A stretch of 64,000 nucleotides of DNA from an uncultured Paenibacillaceae bacterium (GCA_937957685.1 CALGAO010000031.1:6816-70815); one strand, 5' to 3'. Shown: positions 52,190 through 62,900, counted from the stretch's first letter. Notes: generated by a model not told the origin, from the letters alone. Made by a program: numbers and translations.

Positions 52190-52274
52190 CAGGATGACAA
52201 TGATCCATTCCGGGATGGGATACATTGCGGCAGCCGTACGGTTGCCGCAATTTTAACTGAAGGGAGGTCGCGAT

Positions 52275-53183
52275 ATGGCGAAATTATCAAACAAGGTGTC
52301 CAAAAACACGTGGAATGAATGGATCTGGGCCTGGTTTCTGATCGCGCCTACCACCATAGGCTTGATCGTCCTGAATATCATCCCGATCTTTCAGACCGCG
52401 TACCTCAGCTTCTTCAAAAGCGGTGACTTCGGCCGCAATCACATCTTCGTCGGTCTGGACAACTACGTGCGCATGTTTCAGGATCCGCAGGTTTGGCAGG
52501 CGGTGGTCAACACCCTGGTCTACACGCTTCTGGTCGTTCCGGTCAGCATCGCCTTCGCCATGCTGATCGCCGTTCTCCTGAACCGGCCGATCCGTGGCAG
52601 ATCGCTCTACCGGACGATCTACTTTATCCCGATGATCGCCGCGCCCGCGGCCGTCACGATGGTATGGAGATGGCTTTACAACTCAAACTTCGGACTGATC
52701 AACTACCTGTTGTCCTTGCTCGGCATCCCGCCCGTGAACTGGACGACGGACCCGAAGATTGCGATCGTCTCCATCGCCATCATCGGCATCTGGAGCATCG
52801 TCGGGTACAATATGGTGCTGCTGCTCGCAGGACTGCAGGAGATCCCGAGAGACTTTTACGAGGCATCGGAGATCGACGGCGCGGGGAAGGTGAAGCAGTT
52901 CTTCACAGTGACGTTGCCGCTCGTTACGCCGACGCTGTTCTTCGTCATGGTGACGACGATCATCCAGTCGATGCAGGTATTCGACGTGATCTACATGATG
53001 ATCGATATCACGAATCCGGCGTACGAGAAGACGGTGTCGCTGGTCTATCTGTTCTACAACAACTCCTTCAAGTATTCCGACAAGGGCTATGGATCCGCGA
53101 TCGTCATGCTGCTGCTCGCGATCATCATGATCATCACCGTCATCCAGATCAAGGTGCAGAAAAAATGGGTGAACTATTCGTAA
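52275..53183 (+). CDS. Carbohydrate ABC transporter permease 1
   Basis: FVGLDNY; LAGLQEIPRDFYEASEIDGA EAA loop. Confidence 0.93.
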   Translation: MAKLSNKVSKNTWNEWIWAWFLIAPTTIGLIVLNIIPIFQTAYLSFFKSGDFGRNHIFVGLDNYVRMFQDPQVWQAVVNTLVYTLLVVPVSIAFAMLIAVLLNRPIRGRSLYRTIYFIPMIAAPAAVTMVWRWLYNSNFGLINYLLSLLGIPPVNWTTDPKIAIVSIAIIGIWSIVGYNMVLLLAGLQEIPRDFYEASEIDGAGKVKQFFTVTLPLVTPTLFFVMVTTIIQSMQVFDVIYMMIDITNPAYEKTVSLVYLFYNNSFKYSDKGYGSAIVMLLLAIIMIITVIQIKVQKKWVNYS

Positions 53184-53205
53184 GGCGAGAAAGGAAGGAG
53201 AACCG

Positions 53206-54036
53206 ATGAGTTATAAGCCGATGGTGTCACGCATCCTGATCCATGTGTTCCTAATCTCGGGAGCCTGCAGCATGATCCTGCCGTTCGTCTGGATGGTGCT
53301 GACCTCGTTCAAGACAGTCGCCGAATCGACCTCGATGAATCCCTTTGTCTGGCTCCCGAGTGAATGGAAATGGGAGCATTACATTAACGTATGGCGACAG
53401 AACAATTTCCTGATCCTGTATGTGAACACGTTTGCGATGATGGCCATTCGCGTCATCCTGGGCGTCCTGTTCAGCGCCATGGCCGCCTATGCATTCGCCC
53501 GATTGAGATTCCCGGGCAGAAGCTTCTTCTTCGGACTGGTCCTGTTTCAGATGATGGTGCCGACACAGATCTTCATCATACCGCAATATCTGATGGTCGA
53601 CGCGCTCAACATGCGCAACACGATCTTTGCCCTGGTCTTTCCCGGTCTGGTGAGCGCCTTTGGAACGTTCCTGCTGAGGCAATTTTTCCTGGTGCTGCCG
53701 AAGGAACTGGAAGAGGCGGCGAAGCTGGACGGCTGCAATATCGGGCAGACATTCCTGTTCGTCATGCTGCCGCTCACCCGTTCCGGCCTCGTCGCCCTGG
53801 GGATCTTCACAGCGCTGTTCGCCTTCAAGGAGCTGATGTGGCCGCTCATCGTCAACACGAGCGCGGACGCCGCGACGCTGTCATCCGCCCTTGCGAAGAT
53901 TCAGAGCGCTTATTCCGTTCATTATCCGGAGCTGATGACCGCTGCCGTGCTGGCAATATGGCCGATGATGCTCGTCTATTTCCTGTTCCAACGTCAATTC
54001 ATCGAGGGGATCTCGACCTCAGGAGGCAAGCTGTAG
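53206..54036 (+). CDS. Carbohydrate ABC transporter permease 2
   Basis: AAYAFARLRFPG; LPKELEEAAKLDG; FQRQFIEG. Confidence 0.93.
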   Translation: MSYKPMVSRILIHVFLISGACSMILPFVWMVLTSFKTVAESTSMNPFVWLPSEWKWEHYINVWRQNNFLILYVNTFAMMAIRVILGVLFSAMAAYAFARLRFPGRSFFFGLVLFQMMVPTQIFIIPQYLMVDALNMRNTIFALVFPGLVSAFGTFLLRQFFLVLPKELEEAAKLDGCNIGQTFLFVMLPLTRSGLVALGIFTALFAFKELMWPLIVNTSADAATLSSALAKIQSAYSVHYPELMTAAVLAIWPMMLVYFLFQRQFIEGISTSGGKL

Positions 54037-55113
54037 CTTCTCCTCATCATCCTGTGCATGCAGGTAATCCATGAGTCGCAAGATCATCACCACCGCCTCC
54101 GCCCGTGTCGTCACTCCTTGCGGCGCAAACCGGTTGTCGCCAACTCCCTGAACAAGTCCAAGTTCTGTGGCGGCGGCGACAGCCGGATACGCCCAATCTC
54201 CTATCCGATCCGCATCTCGATACGCCAGCGGTTTGCCTGCCGCAGCCTGCTCGTCATACCCTGCCGCGCGCATGATCATGACCGTCATCTCGGCGCGCGT
54301 GATCAGCCGTTCAGGTCCGAAAGTGCGATCAGGGAAGCCTCGGACGATTCCAGCCGCGGTCGCGCGGGCCACATGCTCTCTGGCGAAGTCCGGTATGCGA
54401 TCGGCGTCGATGTAATCCGGCCTGGAGCTTGTCGGGCCGGAGAGCATCAGGGCTCTGGACAACATCGTGGCGAACTGCGCGCGCGTCACCTCATCCTGCG
54501 GTCCGAACCTGCCGTCCGGATAGCCCTTGATCCACCCCATCCGCTCCGCCCTCAGGATCGCGTACTCCGCCCAATGCCCCTCGATGTCGCTGAATATGGC
54601 CGCGGTTGGAGCAACCTGCAAGGTGATCTTGACATCGGGACTTTGGGAGATGCTGTTCACCTGGCTGTCCACCAGCTTGACGCGAGCCAGGCGGACGGAG
54701 GTTTCCCCATACCCGATCGCCTTGAACCGAATCGTGGCCAGCTGCACATCTCCGCTCTCTCCGCTCACCTTGCCGATCTTCGTATGCGCGAAGACGATCA
54801 CCCCGTTCCGAATGATCGGCGGGACCGTGAATCCCGACCAATCTGCGGACGCTTCCCTCACCTCCAGCACTTCCGGATCATACATGAGTCGCAGCTCGTA
54901 TCCATACACATCGCTCAGGTGTTGAGCGCTGATGGTCACGTCCAGCTCTTCACCCGCCTGCACCCGCTTGACGACGGCGTCCAACGTGTAGATGGGCTCG
55001 TCCAGGGCAAGCGCGGCAGAAGTGGTCGCGATCAGCATATAAGCGAGCATCATGATGGCCAGGGAGCACCTGGCGACCAGACGCATCGACTTGCTAAATA
55101 TCCTGTGTCTCAT
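54019..55113 (-). CDS. Secreted single-cohesin + 3xSLH cell-surface anchor protein (SdbA/OlpA-like architecture)
   Basis: Signal peptide; cohesin-like VTISAQHLSDVYGYELRLMYDPEVLE...LATIRFKA; three SLH repeats (GYPDGRFGP..VTRAQ, GFPDRTFGP..ITRAE, GVGDNRFAP..TTRAE). Confidence 0.85.
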   Translation of the reverse strand: MRHRIFSKSMRLVARCSLAIMMLAYMLIATTSAALALDEPIYTLDAVVKRVQAGEELDVTISAQHLSDVYGYELRLMYDPEVLEVREASADWSGFTVPPIIRNGVIVFAHTKIGKVSGESGDVQLATIRFKAIGYGETSVRLARVKLVDSQVNSISQSPDVKITLQVAPTAAIFSDIEGHWAEYAILRAERMGWIKGYPDGRFGPQDEVTRAQFATMLSRALMLSGPTSSRPDYIDADRIPDFAREHVARATAAGIVRGFPDRTFGPERLITRAEMTVMIMRAAGYDEQAAAGKPLAYRDADRIGDWAYPAVAAATELGLVQGVGDNRFAPQGVTTRAEAVVMILRLMDYLHAQDDEEKLQLAS

Positions 55114-55151
55114 CAAGCACATGCCTCCTGTTATCCATGAGAGTGAAAAGG

Positions 55152-55193
55152 GCCAGGAGCATCCGCCTTCAGCAGGCGGTCGATGCTCCTGGC
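55152..55193 (-). terminator. Stem-loop between the enzyme and anchor genes
   Basis: GCCAGGAGCATC...GATGCTCCTGGC stem followed by CCTTTT on the minus strand. Confidence 0.6.
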
Positions 55194-55201
55194 TGATTCG
55201 A

Positions 55202-58200
55202 TTAATTGGACAGGATCAACTGAGCCATCATCACGAGATCGGTGATGTCGATGATGTCATCGCCGTTCAGATCGAAGTGCGAGTATTGATCCCAGTCAGG
55301 GCTGTTCTTCGATTTGCCGTAAGCGGATGCCATCATCGCGAGGTCGCCCACGCTCACGCGATCATCATCGTTGAAGTCGCCAGGGATCGTCGGCTTGCGG
55401 ATCAGGATCGTATGCTCTGCGCCGGCAACTGACGTTTCCGTGCCATCCTTGTCGGCGACGGTCAGATTCGTGATGCGGACCTTGGTCGTTCCCTCTGTCT
55501 CCAGGGCCTTGAACGGAAGCTTCATCAGGTCCTGATCGGGATTGGTCTGCCAGTCGTCCAGGTGAATGGCGATGACGCGAACCCTGCCAGGCTGATCTTC
55601 CTTGTAGCCCAGGATGACGAACTTGTTGTTCATCAGGGATACCGGTTCTCCGAGCATTTCGAGCAAGTCCTTGTCGTATTCGAACGTGATATCCTGAGCG
55701 TATACGGGCTGTCCGATGCCCCGCAGACCATAGGTCACATGGAACGTCTGCCCTTTCTCAACCGTCTCCGGACCGGTCAGGACCGCCGGACTGGTCGGCC
55801 CGTCAGAATCCACCATCACCTGCGGATACAGGTCGAAGCGGTCAAATGCTGGCGTGTACTGATTGGGCACGGCTGTATAGTGAGTGAATCCCGCCGTTCC
55901 CGATGCATTGTTGCCGCCGTATGGATTGGATCCGCCGTTGTACGTGTTGTTGTTGGAGAAGCGGATCGTGTTGGCGCCAGCTTTCAGATAAACATCGATC
56001 GTCTGGGTAGCGTAATGGAGCCACGAGATCGTGTTCTTGAAATGGACGGTGATCGGTTCTTCGCCGTTGACGCTGATCTGTGCGTAGCGCTCCACGACAT
56101 CGTTGTTATAGGCATGGGTGCCTGCGCTCTCGCCGTTCGCGTAAGTCACGACGAGCTTGTATACCCCGTCCTTCGGCACCACGATGTCACGAATCTCCAG
56201 ATAACGCTCCTGGCCGTCATACGAGGTGATGCCGTTGACATACTTGCCGCCGGATGCGTACCGGGCAGATATATCCGAACGGATCAGAGGCAGCTCTTGT
56301 CCTGCCGGCTCACCCACCACGATGGCATCCTCCGCTTCGATCGAGAAGATCGGCATCTTGCCGACGTAAACCGCCTGCACCTCATCCAGGCTCAGGCTCG
56401 CCGTCGATCTTACGTCGATCAGGTTAATGCCTCTGCGCAGGAACATGCGGACGGTGGCATCCTTCCAGCTGCCGCTCGTATGGCTGACCGGGATATCTAT
56501 CGCATGAATGCGGTCATGGTCGATGATGATCCGGCCGCTGCTTGCGGACGCATATCGGAATGTGACGTCGTACATGCCATCGTCGAGCACGCTGACGACG
56601 AAGCGTGTGCTTGCGTCGGCCTGGTTGCCATAGCCGGTGATGTAGCCTGCGCCGGTGAATCCGGAGAGCTCGTTATCTCTGTACAGGCCCGTTGCAGGAT
56701 CGTATTCGGAGAATTCCGCCTGCACCTTATAGGTTGGAGCGGCGCCCTTCGGACCGTGATAGGTCAGTTCGATCGCATCGAGCGTCGATTCGCCGATTCC
56801 TTCTTCACCCGTATCCAGGTTGTACTTGCTGATGCTGATCGTATGTGTGCCGGCATCCAGATCGATGAACGTCGTATGGCCGCCGAGCTGTTGCATGCTG
56901 TAATCGGCGCGCAGGATGATCTTGAAGGAAGGCTGATCATCCACCTTGATGAACCATTCCGAGTTGATGCGCTGAGTGGCATTGCCTGTGTTGGCCTGGT
57001 TCGGCATGCTCGCCGTCGCGCCGCTTCCGCCGATGAGATCCAGTCGATAAGATCCGTCGGCAGGCACCGTGATGTTCGTCCAGCGAACGACGCTGTCCTG
57101 CTTGTTGATGCCCTGGACGATGCGCCCGTTGGATGCCGAGCGATTGCTGCTGGCTGCCGGGTACAGGTTGGCGATCGAGACGTTCGTCCTGACATCAGCT
57201 TCTTCCGCCTCGTAGCGGCTGAACCATACCTCGTGCGGATCGCTGTCCGTAGCAGGAGTGATCACAGCGAAGTAAGCGGCCGTGTAATCGTCGATGTCCA
57301 GAGTGAGGGTGACCGTTCCGTTTACGACCGGATAGTTGCGGTCGATGATCTGCGTCGGTTCCACGAGATAGCCGGTCAGTCCCGTGTATCCGGCGTACCA
57401 TACGGTGACTCTGACTTGCTCGGCATCCTTCAGGAACGCTGGGCTGTTCGCATGACCGCTTAAGTTGCGGAAGACGATCTTGCTGTTGCCCTTCGTTCCG
57501 CCGAACGCGATGGCGACCTGCTTCTTGTCATCCTGAATCGAGGCAAGTCCATAGAGACCAGGCCCCAGGTTGTCATCCTCATGTCTGGAGTTGATCACGG
57601 TGATCTTTGCCATGTCGCCGCCGATCATATCGGCATACCATTTGTACAGCCACCATGCGCCATTCGGCTCATTCTGGCCTGCCAGGAGAGACCCGTAGGA
57701 GTTCGCCGTATTCCAGTAAGGCAACATGCTGTTCATCTTGTGCTCATCGTAGCGGGCGATATACTGGATCAGCGATCCGCCCACCGCGATTTCCTCCATG
57801 GCGGCATATTCGTTAATGTCGACCTTCAGCGGGAACGGACTCGCGCGATCCGGATATTTCTCCAGGTAGATCGGTTCGTACTTCTCTTCCAGCGCACGGA
57901 AGGATGCGAGGTTGGGCCCTGCTTGCAGGAAGGCCTTGGCCCACAGCAAGTGCCAGGAGACGACATCCGGCAGGCAATCGTGCTCGACGCAGAATGCGAT
58001 GAAGTCCTCCATGAACACATTCGAATATTGGGTCAGGTTCGGTCCGGAGATGAGCGCACCAGGATCGAGTTCCTTGATCTTGTTTGTGACCGCCAGCCAG
58101 TCGCTGTTGAACACGGCGCGTGAATTTCTGCCCGTCTGGTTATTGCTCAACAATTGCGGGTAGCGGGTGTTGTTCTGCTCCGGTTCATTGTACGGGATGT

Positions 58201-59500
58201 AGATGAATTTTTCGTCCGGGTTTTCACCTGGATGGGCGGCTGCCCATTGATCCTTGAACTGCCTGACCGCCGTGACGATCGGAATGACCGCTTCATTGAT
58301 ATATTCTTGAGCCGTTCTGGACGGATAGTACCAGCGTTGGTAATAATCCTGCATGACGATGTTGACCACTTGCCCGCCAGCCTCGAAGAAGTAATCCGCC
58401 ACGCGCAGCGCATCGCCGGTCGGATGCTGGATGCCGTTCGGCGGCTTCTGCGTGATATGGGAAGGCTTGATCGGGAGCAGGGTATTGATGTCCGGGACGT
58501 TCGGTTCGCTCAAGGCATACAGCGCGCCGGCCGCCCCATGGAAGATCGGCCCAAGCGAACGATCCGCCAGATCAACGGTGATCTGTGCAGGCATGGTTTC
58601 GCCGGCACCTTCATGCTTCGTCTCTTCATACAGCGCGCTGACCTGGTCAGCCGTCAGCATCACATTGTACAGTCTGATGTCGTCAAACTTGCCGGCGATA
58701 TCTCCGTCGGAAGTATACAACGATCTGCCGAAGTCATTGTACGTCAAGGCATCAAGATATTCGCGGCTGAACAGTCGTTCCAGCACGGAAGCAACCGTGG
58801 CGCCGCCTGTGCTGTTGTTCGGTTCGATGCCTTTGATGCCGGTCGGTTCGCCGTCGAAGTACACTTCGTACTCGCCGCCCTCGTTCATCGCAACCACGAT
58901 ATGTTGCCATTTGCCACGGGCAGGGTTCTTGTTCCAGGCGATGTCCCCTTTGTACGAGGCGATCTTCGTCGGATCCGTACCGATGTAGATCCGATTGTTG
59001 AACGTGCCGCCGCCTGCCACGAAGATGAATTCCGGATCCTGCCAGCCGGATATGCCGGAATTCGTCAACCCTTTCTCCGTGATCGTGGAGGACAGCAGGC
59101 GCGTATAACCGCTGGACGACGATTCGATGTACGCCCATACGGCAAACGTCAGCTCGTCATTCACCTGTGAGTACAGATGATTGGGCAAGCTTAGCCATCC
59201 AGTGCCATTTACGCCGCCGGATAAGGACAGGACATTGCCTCTCAGCTCATCTGTTATCACTTGCGCCGTTCCCTTGAGTACTGCATCATCCGCACGATTG
59301 TCCGAGTTGGCGCTGTTCACTACGTTTGCCCCATCCACTTGATCGAAAGTCCAATGGAAGATCGGCGTTGCAGGATCTGACTCTGCGAGGAGAGATACGT
59401 CAGGGACAGAAGCGGAGACTGAAGCGCTTGCAAATGCAGGCGGCAACAGGAGCAAGATTGCAAGCATGGTCATCAGCGCACGCTTGGCATAGCTTTTCAT
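55202..59500 (-). CDS. Secreted modular glycoside hydrolase: LamG - GH39-like (clan GH-A) - multiple CBM35/CBM6-like - cohesin-like - dockerin
   Basis: Signal peptide; LamG (KWQHIVV, FDDIRLYN); YNEPE acid/base and INEY nucleophile; YEAE/QAE/IEAED CBM starts; dockerin loops DFNDDDRVSVGD and DLNGDDIIDITD. Confidence 0.85.
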   Translation of the reverse strand: MKSYAKRALMTMLAILLLLPPAFASASVSASVPDVSLLAESDPATPIFHWTFDQVDGANVVNSANSDNRADDAVLKGTAQVITDELRGNVLSLSGGVNGTGWLSLPNHLYSQVNDELTFAVWAYIESSSSGYTRLLSSTITEKGLTNSGISGWQDPEFIFVAGGGTFNNRIYIGTDPTKIASYKGDIAWNKNPARGKWQHIVVAMNEGGEYEVYFDGEPTGIKGIEPNNSTGGATVASVLERLFSREYLDALTYNDFGRSLYTSDGDIAGKFDDIRLYNVMLTADQVSALYEETKHEGAGETMPAQITVDLADRSLGPIFHGAAGALYALSEPNVPDINTLLPIKPSHITQKPPNGIQHPTGDALRVADYFFEAGGQVVNIVMQDYYQRWYYPSRTAQEYINEAVIPIVTAVRQFKDQWAAAHPGENPDEKFIYIPYNEPEQNNTRYPQLLSNNQTGRNSRAVFNSDWLAVTNKIKELDPGALISGPNLTQYSNVFMEDFIAFCVEHDCLPDVVSWHLLWAKAFLQAGPNLASFRALEEKYEPIYLEKYPDRASPFPLKVDINEYAAMEEIAVGGSLIQYIARYDEHKMNSMLPYWNTANSYGSLLAGQNEPNGAWWLYKWYADMIGGDMAKITVINSRHEDDNLGPGLYGLASIQDDKKQVAIAFGGTKGNSKIVFRNLSGHANSPAFLKDAEQVRVTVWYAGYTGLTGYLVEPTQIIDRNYPVVNGTVTLTLDIDDYTAAYFAVITPATDSDPHEVWFSRYEAEEADVRTNVSIANLYPAASSNRSASNGRIVQGINKQDSVVRWTNITVPADGSYRLDLIGGSGATASMPNQANTGNATQRINSEWFIKVDDQPSFKIILRADYSMQQLGGHTTFIDLDAGTHTISISKYNLDTGEEGIGESTLDAIELTYHGPKGAAPTYKVQAEFSEYDPATGLYRDNELSGFTGAGYITGYGNQADASTRFVVSVLDDGMYDVTFRYASASSGRIIIDHDRIHAIDIPVSHTSGSWKDATVRMFLRRGINLIDVRSTASLSLDEVQAVYVGKMPIFSIEAEDAIVVGEPAGQELPLIRSDISARYASGGKYVNGITSYDGQERYLEIRDIVVPKDGVYKLVVTYANGESAGTHAYNNDVVERYAQISVNGEEPITVHFKNTISWLHYATQTIDVYLKAGANTIRFSNNNTYNGGSNPYGGNNASGTAGFTHYTAVPNQYTPAFDRFDLYPQVMVDSDGPTSPAVLTGPETVEKGQTFHVTYGLRGIGQPVYAQDITFEYDKDLLEMLGEPVSLMNNKFVILGYKEDQPGRVRVIAIHLDDWQTNPDQDLMKLPFKALETEGTTKVRITNLTVADKDGTETSVAGAEHTILIRKPTIPGDFNDDDRVSVGDLAMMASAYGKSKNSPDWDQYSHFDLNGDDIIDITDLVMMAQLILSN

Positions 59501-59607
59501 TCGTCAATTCACCTCTTTTATTGGTATTTTGGAGTTCATGACTGTTCGCTCCAGTTAGCGGTCATCTTCCTCCCTTCTCTAACAATTGATTGTAGGGTTC
59601 GGTTCCT

Positions 59608-59672
59608 ATCATAATGCCAGATGCTAGAGTTACGATATTAAGGATTTTTACTACTCCTGTTCCTTTCTTTAC
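59608..59672 (-). promoter_or_regulatory. Activator-dependent promoter: 37-bp direct-repeat operator plus -10 box
   Basis: GTAAAGAAAGGAACAGGAGTAGTAAAAATCCTTAATA-22nt-TATGAT on the minus strand. Confidence 0.75.
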
Positions 59673-59902
59673 GACTGTGGCAACTAGAGTCGGGACGGAG
59701 CAAACAACGTCCATGTTCTTTTTTTACTGCGGCTTTCCGTTTTTTTCTGCAGGCATGGGGATACTCGCCTTTCCGCAACTGAACGCCTGCCAGGCCCAGT
59801 TGTTGAATACTGATTTTTTACTGGTCTGGTGAACCACACTGCAGATATAAGAAAAACCACGCACCATATCCGGTACGCGGTTTCGTTTCCGATATTCTGC
59901 TT

Positions 59903-62900
59903 CTATTCTGCATCAGACTTGCCGTGTTGGAACGGCCACCAATTCGCCTGGCCGAACAAACGCACCATCAGCGGAATGAACAGCGGCAGGAACACGAGCG
60001 CGTAGAGCACGAGTCCCGCCAGGACGATCGTCGCGATCATGAGCAGCGACAGGACGCCGGACGGAAGCATCGCCGCAAACGTGCCGCCGAGGATGATGAC
60101 CGCCGAGAAGATGACTGAACCCATCTTCTTCATCGCTTCAAGGATCGCATCCTTCACATCAAGATGCGTATACTCGTTGAAGCGGCCCATCAGGAAGATG
60201 CTGTAGTCGATGCCCAGCGCGAGCAGCATGACGAAGGCGAAGAATGGTACCGCCCAGGTAACGCCGTCATATCCGAGCAGATCGACGAAGATCCATTCTG
60301 CGATCCCCATCGAGGTGTAATAGGTAAGCAGCAGCGAAGCCATGAGATAGATCGGCATGATGATCGATCTAAGCAGCAACGCCAGCACGATGAAGATTCC
60401 GATCAGCATGATAACCGCCGTGCGGCTGAAGTCTTCCTCCGATACCATGGCCAGGTCATGGTGCATGCTGGTCGTACCGCCTGCGGCATATTCCGCGTCA
60501 TCCAGCGGCGTCCCAGCTACTGCCCGCGCCACCGCTGCATTCAGATCCTCGATCTTATCGAGCGTCTCCTGGTCGTATGGGTTGGTGTCGAAGATCACAT
60601 CCAGCTTCGTCGTCATCCGGTCAGCCGACAGATAATTGTCGAGCACCTGGACGAACAGCTCCTCCTCGAGTACTTCCTCCGGCATGTACCAACCGCCAAG
60701 TTCATCATCATTGGTCGACAGGACCTCCAGATAATCAACGGCTTGATTCAAGCCATCTCCGATCTGTGTCAAACCGTCAACGCTCTGCATCAACCCATCG
60801 GTCAATAAACCAATCTGGCTGTTCAGTTCCGCAAATCCTGCTTGCAGCTGGCGCTGACCGTCTTCGATCTGCGTCAGACCGTCGATCGCGCCAGGGACAT
60901 TCGCTGCAATCTGTCCTTGCCCATCAGCCGCCAGGTTGAGGCCTTGTTCCAGCTCTTGCAGTCCACCTATCAACGCATCAAACGCCTTGTTCAGCTCGCT
61001 GTGCCCAGCGTTGGCCTGACTGAATCCGGCTGTGGCATCGCTCAAGCCAGCCTGCACGTTAGCGAGCTGCGCATTCAATTGGCCGATGCCTGCAGTCAGT
61101 TCCTCGGCTCCGCCTTTGAGCTGCGTTGCGATGCCAAGCGCTGTCTGGAACTGCACATCCTGCGCAAGATCCGGATGGCTCGCTGCTACGGCCTGCAACG
61201 CTTGCTCCAGGCCAACCAGCCCATCACGTATGCCTGCCAGCCCTGCCTCGATATTGCCATACTGTTCTGACAATACGCCTACACCGCCGCTCAGCTGCTC
61301 GTAGGCGTCTGCGATCTGTTGATACGTCGCTCGCAGCGTCTCCGCATTGCGCCTCATCTCCTCGAGGCCGCTTCTCAGCTGAGCAGCGCCAAGCGCGCCG
61401 TCGCGCACGCCTTTCTCCAGCTCGCCAAGTCCCGCAGAGAGCTGTGACAGACCGTTCACCAGTTCATTGGTCCCATCTGCCAATGCAGCTGCTGCATCGA
61501 CGGCTTCGTCCAGCTTCGGCTTCGACTCTGTCAGTTTGTCACTCGCTTCAGCGAGACCGTCGCGAACCTGCACGATGCCGTCCACTCCTTGGACAAGCCC
61601 GTCCTTCAGCATATCCGCCTGACCCGACACCGACAGTTCCTTCAGCTCCTCGCCAACCGGACGCGTTGCACTGCGCACCTTGCTTACGCCGTCCACCTCC
61701 AGCAGCTCGCGGCTGATCCGCTCGATCCAAGCCATGCCTTGCGGATTGTCCAGCGGTTCATCATGCTGGATGACGATCGAAGTAGGCAATGATTCCCCCG
61801 GGCCGAAATGCTCCGAGACGATATTGAACGCCTTCACCGAATCGTAACGCTCACCGATCTCATCCAGAGAGTTATACGTCACATCGCCGTCATATTGCCA
61901 GAGTGTCGGGACGACGATGACCGCGATGATCGCCAGCGCGATGAGCGGTCTGCGCAGCGAGAACGATCCAACAGCTCCCCACAACCGGCTGTCCTTATGG
62001 CCTAGGGACTTGCTGCCAGGCCAGAACATGGCGCGGCCGAACGTGGCCATGAAGAATGGCATCAACGTGAACAGGGCGATCAGCACGACCATCACGCCAA
62101 CGCCAACCGCAACGGCAGACTGGTAGAGGATGAACCTCGAGAAACCGATGGCGATGAAACCGACGAGAACCGCAAGACCGGAGAAGATTACCGTCTTACC
62201 CGCAGTACGATAAGTAGCAACGATCGCCTCTACCATGCTGTCTTGCTTAGCCAACTCTTCCTTAAACCGGCTGATCAGCAAGATGCAATAATCCGTCCCG
62301 ATCCCGAACATGACCGCAACCATGAAGATCTGCGTATACGTTGACAGCGGAAAGCTCACATATTCAACCAGATACGCCACGATCGACTGGGCAGCGAGAT
62401 AGCTGATCCCGATCGTCAAGAGCGGGATGAAAGGGGCAATCGCCGAACGGAATACGACGAACAGAATGACCAGAATAAAGACAACCGTGATCACTTCCGT
62501 TCGCTTAAGCCCTTCCTGCGAGGAGATCACCACATCTTCCGTTATCAACGTGCTGCCGGTCAGATAGTGCTCCACCGACACGGAATCCATCGCGTCGTAC
62601 AACCCATCGCGCAGATCGCTCTCTGCCCATGCCTCTCCATCCAGACCAAGCAGCACGAGCACCGTCGTGCCGTCCTCCGAAACCATCTGCTTAGCCAGGT
62701 CCGGCTGTTCAAAGTGCGACATGACCGACGTAAGTCTCAGCTCGTCTTGACGCTCCTTCAAGATGTTCACAGCATCTTCAATCTCGCTCAGTTCTTGTTC
62801 ATCAAGACCGTCATGATCATAAAATACATAAACCGCTGATGCGCCGCTGCCCCCAATCTCCTCGAGCATCTCTGCTGCACGCAGCGAAGCCGAGCCGTCC

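Noticed and set aside
59418-59433. CcpA cre site at the start of the glycoside hydrolase gene
   Set aside because: Several mismatches to TGWAANCGNTNWCA
60700-61650. Phage tape-measure or novel repeat protein
   Set aside because: The heptads are the usual coiled-coil insert of YdgH-like MMPL proteins
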